A stretch of DNA of 64,000 nucleotides from Ignavibacteriota bacterium (GTDB lineage: Bacteria > Bacteroidota > Ignavibacteria > UBA10030): assembly GCA_963727825.1 (NCBI GenBank), contig CAVSHO010000009.1:288001-352000 (forward strand). Reading direction: 5' to 3'. The notes beneath the pieces are model-generated. The model made no database searches, was not told the origin of the DNA, and saw nothing but the letters and a program-made list of their open reading frames with translations. Each line of letters opens with the position of its first letter. The stretch's first letter is position 1. Shown here one piece after another: positions 29,637 through 39,103 of this stretch. The position numbers and the translations under genes were made by a program.

Positions 29637-30031
29637 GCGAAATCCTTTCTTTTAGAGATCTGAACAAGGATCGTCCTTTAGAAAGGATGCTGTCGGATAA
29701 AAGTGTTGGAAAGAAACTGAAACAAATTAGGTCTGCTGAATCTTTCATAAGCTTTTGACAATGTTGCTGCAGCATGCTGTCGAGTTGGATGTGCATTTGG
29801 GAATTCCTCGATACTTGTAAAGAATGTACTTAAATGTTCGGGCTCTTTCCCAACTATGGAATTTTCTTGAGGAGACTGTTAACATTCGACATTGAATAAT
29901 CCTTCAATTCACCAGCATCGCTTCTGTCCAATTCGTTGTCGCTGAAAAACATTTCCGAATGTTTTCTGTACTTAAACGCAGGCAAGATTAAGAAGATAGT
30001 AAAAGGAATTTTTTGGATAGCTTCCTCGTAA

Positions 30032-31204
30032 TTACGATACAAACACTTTTGCTATATCAATAAGTATTGAGGGCTTATTCCATAATGCTATGCGAAATAT
30101 ACCGCCAACTGTCCGCTTATTTTCCGGTAGTGATAGCGCACTCTTGGCGATGTTGTTCAGCGTTTCGTCCGAGAAACTTGAAATTGCCTCTTTAATATTA
30201 TAGAATATTTCGTGCCGCCAGCCAAGACGTTTTTGCCAACGTTTTTCATACTCGGGCACCTGCGAAAGGTCGTTTTGTTTTATTGCTTCTGCTGCAACTT
30301 GTCCGGCAATCATCCCGCCTATCATCCCGCTTATTATGCCGCCGCCTGATGTCGGGTTCACTTGATGACCTGCATCGCCAACAAGCATAACATTATTTCT
30401 TACTAACGTGCCGCACGACTTGGCACATGGTACACCGCCGGCAATATGCGTTAGCACTGCTGCATGAGGATATTTACGCTCGACAAATTCATGCAAATAT
30501 CGTATAGCAGATTTTTTCTTTGCTTCTTCGACCGTAATTCCTAAGCCTACGTTAGCGGTTTTTTCCCCTTTCGGGAAAACCCAAACGTACCCGCCCGGTG
30601 AAATATTTTCGCCAAAGTAAAATTCCAAAAGATCCTGTTCGAAATTTATTCCAGAAATCGTCATCTGCGCACAACTTTCCATGTCATGAATGGAACACGC
30701 TGTATTTATTCCTGCCCACTTGCCGACACGTGTCTCTACACCATCCGCACCGACAACGATGCGCGAACGAATTTCGAAAGGTTTATCTTTAATAAGCGCC
30801 TTCACTCCAACAGCTTTGCCGGCATCATCTTTGAGAAGATCGTACACGTACGCTTTCGTAATGACTTCTGCGCCTTCATTTGCTGCTAACTTTGCCAATG
30901 CATAATCGAACAAGCGCCGCTCAAGAATATATGCCGTTCCATCGAGCCGCGGGATTACTGATTTTCCATTCGGCGCAACAAGACGAAAGTGAGTCACAGT
31001 TGCCGCAATCCATTTGGGATCAGGCTGAATAAATTGCACAACTCCTTCATGACTCACCGCTTCACCACATCGCACAGGATAACCGACATCGCGATCTTTC
31101 TCCAGCATAAGTACCGAAGCGCCGCCTGCTGCTGCAAACCGCGCCGCTGTTGAACCGGCAGGTCCGGCTCCTACAACTATTACATCATAATTTTTATTGA
31201 GCAT
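30032..31204 (-). CDS. Geranylgeranyl reductase family flavoprotein
   Basis: GAGPAG, PVRCGE, GADG, PGGYVWVFPKG, VGDAG...P..GGGI. Confidence 0.88.
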   Translation of the reverse strand: MLNKNYDVIVVGAGPAGSTAARFAAAGGASVLMLEKDRDVGYPVRCGEAVSHEGVVQFIQPDPKWIAATVTHFRLVAPNGKSVIPRLDGTAYILERRLFDYALAKLAANEGAEVITKAYVYDLLKDDAGKAVGVKALIKDKPFEIRSRIVVGADGVETRVGKWAGINTACSIHDMESCAQMTISGINFEQDLLEFYFGENISPGGYVWVFPKGEKTANVGLGITVEEAKKKSAIRYLHEFVERKYPHAAVLTHIAGGVPCAKSCGTLVRNNVMLVGDAGHQVNPTSGGGIISGMIGGMIAGQVAAEAIKQNDLSQVPEYEKRWQKRLGWRHEIFYNIKEAISSFSDETLNNIAKSALSLPENKRTVGGIFRIALWNKPSILIDIAKVFVS

Positions 31205-31263
31205 TATTTTATTTCCAATCTCAATTTCTCAATTTCGGATTTTGTGAATTTTAATTTTCTCTT

Positions 31264-31515
31264 TCAACTTTTAATTTCATTCAAATACATTGGTTGAGTT
31301 TTGGATAACTCCCCGACTCCTTCACGATGAAATTCAATCACTTCCCACGGACAAGCCCACACACATTTGCAGCAATTTGTGCATCGTTCATCTATAATAG
31401 AGATACGCGATTCCATCAACTCGATCGCATCTTCAGGGCATACGCCCACACAACAACCGCAGTAATCGCATTTACCGGGTATTATATGAATCATCAATGG
31501 TGTATTTCGCGGCAT
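31264..31515 (-). CDS. 2x[4Fe-4S] ferredoxin
   Basis: CDYCGCCVGVCP and CTNCCKCVWACP. Confidence 0.9.
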   Translation of the reverse strand: MPRNTPLMIHIIPGKCDYCGCCVGVCPEDAIELMESRISIIDERCTNCCKCVWACPWEVIEFHREGVGELSKTQPMYLNEIKS

Positions 31516-31530
31516 ATGTATCTTTCTATT

Positions 31531-33437
31531 TCAATTTAAGTCTCTATTTGCATCAAGTTGTTTTAGCATTTCGTATCAATTCCATCTCGCGAAGTTGATA
31601 TGGCTTCACATCCTGGCCTTGATTTTTTGCTTCATCCTGTAATCGTTTATTTTTTTCCCTTTCCATTTGCGATTTGCTTACGCACGTCACAGCGACAATT
31701 GCATCTTTGGCAATCATCATTGGAGTCAGGCACATCAATTTCTTTTTCCATTTCCTGCCATTTATGACTCAATTCATATCGACTCAAAACAAGATCGCTA
31801 ATAAGGTTCTTCAGTCCGGGTCTTGCACTTCACTAACAATCGAAGATGCATCAATTGTTCCGCGTTCGTCATACAAATCCAGAACAAACTGGGCAAGATT
31901 TCCTCATCACGTTCATCGCTCAATTGATTCAATAGAGAAATATTTGAAAGCACAAACGAATCACATCTGATTTCCTTCGAGAATCAGTTTCAAAATGTCG
32001 TGTTCTTCAGGCGGAATTATTTCAGTTTTCCTGCAATGATCCGGCTTTTCCTTGCCCGCTTGTCGCGGAGCAATGTTTGATTCATTGGAGAGTGATTCAG
32101 CCCGTATTCGCTGTTTTTCTTGCGACACTGATTGTTGCTAACTTCATGCGAAAGGTGTGTTTCGTATACATCAAATTTTTCTGAATAATTATTTGCCACT
32201 TCCTTGTACATACAAATTCCGTTTTAATCTCATCTTCCAATCTTAGCAATGGATCTGCGCCAGTGAACGGATAGCGTCTCGTTTTTCCTTCCGCCGTTGT
32301 AAAAGCCCCTGCACGTTGAAATTGTTTCGCCCTGAAATCTATAAAAGAAATTGCATTCAAAAGACGTTCCCGGAATTCATTACCGCCATGCTTCTGCACA
32401 AACGAATCCGGATCGTCACCTTCGGGCAATTCAACTATTCGGACATTCAAATCATGCTCAAGCGCAAGATCAATCCCGCGCACAGTAGCGCTGGAGCCGG
32501 CAGTATCTGCATCGTAAACAAGCGTAAGATTCTTAGAATAACGCCCGATGAGAACAAGTTGTTCTTCAGTCAACGCCGTGCCGCTGGATGCGACAACATT
32601 TTTAACCCCCGCTTGGTAAAGCGAAATCAAATCCGCATATCCTTCCACCATCAGTGCATTGTCTTCCTGGCGAATGGAATCTTTCGCGTGGAACAATCCG
32701 TATAACACCCGGCTTTTATTATAAACGGGAGTTTCGGGTGAGTTGATATACTTGCCTGCGATGGTATCGTCCTCACGCATCTTGCGCGCACCAAAACCGA
32801 TAACCCGCCCTTGTGTAGAAAGGATCGGGAACATTGCTCGTCCGCGGAAATAATCGTACGGCGAACCATCATCGCGCACTCGTGCAAGTCCGACTTTGGC
32901 AATGTCTTCTATTTTAAAACCTTCTGCCCGTGCTTTAAGAGCAAACGCATCCCACGAGTTCAGCGAATATCCAAGGCCAAAAGTTCGGATGGTTTCATCC
33001 GAAAATCCACGCTTGTAGAAATACTGAAGCGCCTCTTTGCCTTCGTCCGACTCTGTGAGATTCTTAAAGAAGTGCATTCCTGCAAATCGGCAAATAGCGT
33101 AATAATTTTCAAACTCTGTTTGTTCTTCAGCCATCGGCTTGCTCTCTTCCGGAATGGTAATACCGGACTTTGAAGCAAGCGATCGTACAGCTTCTACAAA
33201 TGATATCTTATCCATCTCCATCAAAAAAGTAAAAATGTTTCCGCCCTTGCCGCAGCCGAAACAATGATACATCTGTTTCTCGGCACTAACCGTGAAAGAC
33301 GGCGTCTTCTCTGTGTGAAACGGACACAGCCCGAGATAATTCTTGCCGCGCTTTTTCAAGTGAACATAGGCGGCGATTACTTCTACGATGTCGGCGGAGT
33401 TTCGGACTTCATCAATTTTATCATCTGAGATACGCAT
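31531..33437 (-). CDS. dnaG: DNA primase, C-terminal third broken by several frameshifts (end approximate)
   Basis: CPFHTEKTPSF, CFGC, KYINSPET, VEGYAD, YDADTAG, DPD; coding remnants continue to about 31531. Confidence 0.93.
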
Positions 33438-33495
33438 TGCGGAAGAAATCTACCCAAATATGTGTGTACAAGCAAGATTTCAAAAAGCGCAAGCC

Positions 33496-33552
33496 GTAGA
33501 ATCCTTGTCCTTAGTTCGGGAGAATATCTCCCTCACAACTTGAGGATTCTAC
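33496..33552. repeat. GTAG REP shell holding copy 1 of a 32-bp direct repeat (33508-33539)
   Basis: GTAGAATCCT...AGGATTCTAC around TCCTTAGTTCGGGAGAATATCTCCCTCACAAC. Confidence 0.8.
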
Positions 33553-33631
33553 TCCTCAACTTTCTTCTTGTTTCCCTACAGCATTTCTGTTATTTTTCAC
33601 CAGTTTCAATTTAGCATTCATTACTAGAAAA

Positions 33632-33673
33632 CCTTCCGAAGGTCAACGCGAATCCAAAGAGACCTTCGGAAGG
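33632..33673. repeat. 13-bp inverted repeat pair upstream of the methyltransferase
   Basis: CCTTCCGAAGGTC...GACCTTCGGAAGG. Confidence 0.65.
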
Positions 33674-33696
33674 GTACACGAAAGATCATACCCTTT

Positions 33697-35420
33697 ATGA
33701 ACACACTTTATCTTGGCGATTGTCTCAATGTGCTGCGCGATAGCGTGGCAGACGAATCGGTGGATTTGATTTATATCGACCCGCCATTTAACAGCAAGCG
33801 CGACTACAATATTTTCTTTGACGATAAAGAAATACAATCCCAGCGGCTGGCGTTTGAGGATACATGGTCGCTCAAGAACGTTTTGGATTCACTGCATGAA
33901 TTACAAACGATGCGCACGGAAAACATACACTTGCTGCTTGCTGTATACCAAAAAGTTGCGCCGCATGCTTTTCCGTATTTGGTGATGATGGCACTGCGGA
34001 TTGTAGAACTGCATCGCGTTCTCAAACCGACCGGTAGTTTCTATCTCCATTGCGATCCGACTATGAGTCATTATTTGAAGACAATTTGTGACACTGTATT
34101 TGGAGAAAAATATTTTCACAGTGAAATAGTATGGAGAAGAACGAATTCACATAACAAGTTATCAGATCAATATGGCCCAATACACGACATAATTCTTTTC
34201 TATTCCAAAACATCTGAATTTATATTTCATCCCGGAACTCGTCCATATTCGGAAAAATATATAGAGGATAGGTTTACCAATAAAGACAAAAATGGAATAT
34301 ATCAATTAAACTATCTAACAGGCCCAGGTACTCGGAAGGGTGAAAGTGGAATAAAGTGGAAAGGATTCGATCCGACAAAGGCGGGAAGACACTGGGCAAT
34401 TCCGAAATCATTGTTAAAATATCTCCCAGAAAACAGCGAAAAACTTGGCACTATTGCAAGACTCGAACTTCTATATAAAAAAGATTTCATTGTATTTCCA
34501 AAGAAGAAGGACGGGCAACCGATGTACAAACAATATGTCGGTGAAGGAATGGTATATCAAGATATTTGGGCCTACCAACCAAATACAACTGGGGCATTAT
34601 ATAAAAGTGATGAGTGTATCGACCAAGATGTAAAATATTTAGAGGGCGAGGATGAAAAACTTGGCTTCCCCACACAAAAACCAGTTGGACTATTAAAAAG
34701 GATAATCGAAACATCATCCGATGTAGGTGATATAGTGTTAGATGGTTTTTGCGGCTGTGGCACAACCATCGATGCGGCAGAAGGATTGCATCGCAAATGG
34801 ATCGGCATAGATATATCGCCAATCGCCATCTCGCTTATCAAGCGGCGTTTGCATCACACGTACAAAAAAGGCCTTGCCGAGTTTGAGGTGCGCGGCACTC
34901 CCACAGACGAACAAAGCGCGCAGAGATTGTGGAAAGAGAATGCGTTTGCGTTTCAAGATTGGTGGATTACAGAGTTTGAAGCGTTCTCTTCTACCTTTGG
35001 CACAAAAGGCGCAGATAAAGGCGTAGACGGCATCGCCCTCTATGCAATGGATAACAAGGATACAACCGCGCGAGTTGCGTTTCAGGTAAAGGGTGGCGAG
35101 AAAGTGCAATCCAAAGATATCGATGCGCTTCTTGGTGCAATCGAAAAGCACAAATGCGATATGGGCGTCTTCCTTACAACCGCAGAACCAACTAAACCAA
35201 TGTTGGATACCGTTGCAGGACGCGGGATGGTCGAATTTACCGATCAAAAAAAGAAATCTGATCCGGATGTTGAATTTTGCCTATCCGAAACTACAGATTC
35301 TTACGCTAAAAGAATTTTTTGCAGGCAAACGTCCGAAAGCTGCCGAGCACCAACATCACATTCAAAGCAGCGCAGCACAGCGGAAAGAAAAAAGAAAATC
35401 AGGAAGCGCTGGAATTATAA
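33697..35420 (+). CDS. Beta-class N6/N4 DNA methyltransferase fused to an Mrr-like nuclease domain; two apparent +1 frameshifts near the 3' end
   Basis: YIDPPF, FPTQKP, DGFCGCGTT; GADKGVDG...FQVKGG; corrected tail YPKLQILT..KRPKLP..TFKAAQ..ALEL* ends at 35420. Confidence 0.88.
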
Positions 35421-35482
35421 AAAATTGCAAGAAAAGTAAAAGTACAGTTCAATCGGAACTGGGGAGGTCGACAAATGTAAAT

Positions 35483-35506
35483 AAGGCTCAGAATATTCTG
35501 AGCCTT
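35483..35506. repeat. Perfect 24-bp palindrome between convergent MTase and glnA
   Basis: AAGGCTCAGAATATTCTGAGCCTT. Confidence 0.7.
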
Positions 35507-35596
35507 GCGCTTGTACTTTGTTATTGATCTGAAGAAATTTTAACCCAGATTAATATGTTGGAAGATCTTAGCTGGAAGGGAGTTCCACTCCCGACC

Positions 35597-35628
35597 TCCT
35601 TAGTTCGGGAGAACATCTCCCTCACAAC
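35597..35628. repeat. Copy 2 of the 32-bp direct repeat
   Basis: TCCTTAGTTCGGGAGAACATCTCCCTCACAAC, 31 of 32 bases identical to 33508-33539. Confidence 0.85.
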
Positions 35629-35708
35629 CTTGGATGGTGAACCTCTGCGATCGCTCAAAGCGGTCGGAGAGGTAATATGACGAAGTTCAAATATTTTTTG
35701 AAGTGGCC

Positions 35709-37058
35709 TTAATACGTCGGAAGATATTTTTCTAATTCCCAGGGAGTCACTTCTAATCGGTAATCTTCCCACTCTAAGCGTTTCGCACTGATGAAACGTT
35801 CGAATATATGTGCGCCCAACGCTTCCCGTATAACGGTATCTTTCTCAAATTCTGAGATTGCCTCTTCGAGCGAACCGGGTAATATATTCAAGTTGGATTT
35901 CTTTTTAGTGTCATTGGAAATGTAAATATTTTCTTCGGAAGCTTCAGGAACTTCCAATTGCCGGCGAATACCATCTAATCCGGAAGCAAGCATTACTGCA
36001 AAGGCAAGATATGGATTGCAGCTTGGGTCGGGGCAGCGCAATTCAATACGGGTTGATTCCGGAGTATGGGCACGCGGAATCCGAATCAATGCAGATTGGT
36101 TAATACGTCCCCAGCTAATATTGACCGGCGCTTCATATCCGATGACAAGGCGTTTATAGGAATTTACAAGCGGTGCAAGCACAGCACACATTCCGCGAGC
36201 ATGAGCAAGTTGGCCAGCTATAAAGTGTTTGGCAATTTTGGAAAGGCCATGCGAATCACCGGGATCCGAAAACGCATTTCCGCCGTTGGCTTTATAATTT
36301 AGTCCCTGATGCACGTGCATACCGCTGCCGGCAAGTCCGCGCAATGGTTTTGGCATGAAAGATGCGTACAAACCCTTCTGCTGGGCGAGTCGTTTCATAA
36401 CAATACGGAAAGTAACGGCATCATCGGCAGTCTTTAATGAATTTGCATAACGCAGATCCATTTCATATTGGCCCTTTGCAACTTCGTGGTGCATTGCTTC
36501 GGCTTCAATTCCAAAGGCTAAAAGAGTTTCCGAAGTTTGCCGCCAGAGATCGGTCGCAACCATATCAGTCGGCATATCAAAATAACTTGCGCTATCGTGC
36601 GGCTGAGGAGGAATAACCCCGCCTTGTTCATTTGGTTTTAAAAGAAAGAATTCCAACTCCGGCCCCGTATTATATACGAACCCCATCTTTTCTGCTTCGC
36701 CCATCATCCTCGCAAGCACTGCCCTCGGATCTCCTAAAAATGGCTGGCTATCCGGTGTATAGACATTACAAATCAACCGCGCGGTCATTTCATTATCCTT
36801 CAACCAGGGAAGGACAGCAAAGGTCGAAGTATCCGGGACCAGATACATATCGCTCTCTGCGGTTCGTGCATATCCTTCGATGCAGGAACCATCAAACCAA
36901 ACACCATGGCTAAGTGTAGTTTCCAATTCCTTCGTTGGGATGGTGACATTCTTCACCGCTCCGCCGACATCAGTAAATTGTAGATCAATGAATTGAATCT
37001 TGCGCTCAGCAACCAGCGCCAGAAGTTCTTTATGCGAATATTGGGGGTATGTTGGCAT
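35709..37058 (-). CDS. glnA: Glutamine synthetase family protein (GSI-alpha-like, variant active site)
   Basis: LQFTD, GPELEFF, HHEVAKGQYE, FMPKP, GSGMHVH, SYKRL..GYEAP, RIELRCPDP. Confidence 0.88.
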   Translation of the reverse strand: MPTYPQYSHKELLALVAERKIQFIDLQFTDVGGAVKNVTIPTKELETTLSHGVWFDGSCIEGYARTAESDMYLVPDTSTFAVLPWLKDNEMTARLICNVYTPDSQPFLGDPRAVLARMMGEAEKMGFVYNTGPELEFFLLKPNEQGGVIPPQPHDSASYFDMPTDMVATDLWRQTSETLLAFGIEAEAMHHEVAKGQYEMDLRYANSLKTADDAVTFRIVMKRLAQQKGLYASFMPKPLRGLAGSGMHVHQGLNYKANGGNAFSDPGDSHGLSKIAKHFIAGQLAHARGMCAVLAPLVNSYKRLVIGYEAPVNISWGRINQSALIRIPRAHTPESTRIELRCPDPSCNPYLAFAVMLASGLDGIRRQLEVPEASEENIYISNDTKKKSNLNILPGSLEEAISEFEKDTVIREALGAHIFERFISAKRLEWEDYRLEVTPWELEKYLPTY

Positions 37059-38026
37059 TAGCGTATCGCCTGTAATAGTAGACCAAGGAGTGCAAGTAAT
37101 ATTAATATTCCCAATCCTGCACCAATAGAAAGAAAGATCGATGATTTATAAAATGGAACTGGTATGGATTCTTCATATAACTTATCAAAAACAGAAAGAT
37201 CAACAGACTCCAGATTATCCAAATCATGTAATAATGCTTTCATGTCCGGATACCGATCATCCGGATTTTTCATTAAGCATTTTGCAACAACTGCCGCAAG
37301 CTGCGGAGTGATTTCCGGGCGCTCTTTATCCAGCCGCGGAATTGTTCCGTGCATTTGTTGTGCCATTACTGCTAGATTATTATCTCCGCTGAATGGAGTA
37401 TGCCCGGAAAGAAGTTCAAAAAATATTACACCAAGAGCATAGAGATCAGTTCGTTTATCGCCGCGCTTTCCTTCCACCTGTTCTGGCGCCATATAATCCG
37501 GAGTTCCGGCTGTGCCGCTCAGGTTCGCATAAGTAACCCTGTATGCTCCCTTTGTGAGGGCAAGTCCAAAGTCTAAAATTATCGGTTGACCACTTTCCGT
37601 AAGGAGAATATTTTCCGGTTTCATATCCCTATGTATAATATTATGTTCATGGCAATGAGCAAGCCCATCGGCAATTTTACGGATGAGCTCAACAGCTTCA
37701 TCTATTGGCATTGGCGCAGACCTGCGAATCAATTCCCGCATTGATTCTCCGGTAACCAATTCCGTGATGAGATATGGAGTGCTGTTATATTTTCCGGAAC
37801 CCAATCCTTTTTGGATGGCAGGATGATTTAATGTACGCATCACTTCCAGCTCACGTTGAAATCGCTCATATTGCGCAGGATCTCCTATCGTCATCCGATC
37901 CGGAACTTTTAACACAACATCCTTACCGCTTATAAGATCGTACGCGCGGTAAATATCACTCATTCCACCCTGAGCTATATGCCCGCGTATCTGAAAATGG
38001 TCAAATTGATCGCCTATTTGCAGCAT
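37058..38026 (-). CDS. Hanks-type Ser/Thr protein kinase with a C-terminal TM anchor
   Basis: QGGMS, VVLK, RFQRE, HRDMKPEN, DFG, GTPDYMAPE; stop overlaps the glnA start (TAATG). Confidence 0.95.
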   Translation of the reverse strand: MLQIGDQFDHFQIRGHIAQGGMSDIYRAYDLISGKDVVLKVPDRMTIGDPAQYERFQRELEVMRTLNHPAIQKGLGSGKYNSTPYLITELVTGESMRELIRRSAPMPIDEAVELIRKIADGLAHCHEHNIIHRDMKPENILLTESGQPIILDFGLALTKGAYRVTYANLSGTAGTPDYMAPEQVEGKRGDKRTDLYALGVIFFELLSGHTPFSGDNNLAVMAQQMHGTIPRLDKERPEITPQLAAVVAKCLMKNPDDRYPDMKALLHDLDNLESVDLSVFDKLYEESIPVPFYKSSIFLSIGAGLGILILLALLGLLLQAIR

Positions 38027-38135
38027 ATTATTCTTTTTTCTTCATACTATTACTATGGTGAATAAAAAAATATACTATTGTTTTTTCTGAAAAGCGAATA
38101 TCGCTGCTTCTCTTCATTTTTCGGCATTTTGATAC

Positions 38136-38963
38136 TTAGTGACGGCTTAAGAATTGTTTTACTATTCTCGAAAACTTTGAGCTTTTTATTGATTTTCGTT
38201 TTGCCAATCTATGCAATATAACAGTGACTACAGAAACATTATCATCACTTCCACGTTTCATCGCAAGATCGACAATTGTTTGGCTTAGCTGCTCTGCCGA
38301 AATTGCTTTTAAAGCTAATGTGCCAAATTCGTCATCATCAATCACTGACCATATTCCATCGGAGCAAAAGATAATTACATCGCCATCTTGCACTTGGACT
38401 TCAAAAATATCGGGCTGCACAAAAAGATCTAAACCAAGACATTTGCTGAGAACGGATCGCTGACTATGGGTTCGTACTTTATCTGGTGACAATACTTTCA
38501 TCCGCACGAGTTCTCCAACACGCGTATGATCCTTCGTTAGACATATTGAGATTTTTCCGCGAATCAAATATGCACGGCTATCGCCTACATGAGCAATATG
38601 GAATTTATCTTCTTTAAGCAACCCTGCTGTCAGTGTCGTTCCCATTCTCCCGACACCTAGTTCCCGCGCTTTCTGATAGATATTCAGATTTGCATTCTGC
38701 ACTGCCTGTTTCATTTTTTGAGGAATCGATAATCCATTGCTTGAATACACTGTCTCAAATAAAGTAAGCAATGCCAATGAACTCGCCACACCGCCCTGCG
38801 CATACCCGCCCATGCCATCCGCGACGCCAAAAAGATGTCCGTTTGATGCAGTCAACTCATCATGTTGATCGATAATACGCACAGAGTCCTGATTATCCTC
38901 ACGCACATTTCCGACGTGCGTCAAGCAATGGGATTCTATTTCGGGCAATTCAATATGTGTCAT
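38136..38963 (-). CDS. PP2C-family Ser/Thr phosphatase
   Basis: THVGNVREDNQD, VADGMGG, HVGDSR, CSDG, GSDDNVS. Confidence 0.93.
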   Translation of the reverse strand: MTHIELPEIESHCLTHVGNVREDNQDSVRIIDQHDELTASNGHLFGVADGMGGYAQGGVASSLALLTLFETVYSSNGLSIPQKMKQAVQNANLNIYQKARELGVGRMGTTLTAGLLKEDKFHIAHVGDSRAYLIRGKISICLTKDHTRVGELVRMKVLSPDKVRTHSQRSVLSKCLGLDLFVQPDIFEVQVQDGDVIIFCSDGIWSVIDDDEFGTLALKAISAEQLSQTIVDLAMKRGSDDNVSVVTVILHRLAKRKSIKSSKFSRIVKQFLSRH

Positions 38964-39103
38964 GTAAAATTCACAATATAGAATAAGAAAGAAGAAGCCG
39001 CTCGCACGGCTTCCTAATTGTGCTTCGTGAATCAATACCATTCAATTCAAGCTGCTATATCCCATCAACCTTCTGATTATAGTGAAGGAAGAGATGGAAA
39101 AAA

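Noticed and set aside
29611-30042. Short ORFs between GGR and GntR
   Set aside because: No RBS or motifs; probably non-coding
31211-31260. Degenerate 8-mer repeats (TCTCAATT) between ferredoxin and GGR
   Set aside because: Low complexity with few units; no associated gene
31531-32290. dnaG pseudogene or programmed frameshift
   Set aside because: Essential gene with several scattered indels, matching the window-wide error pattern
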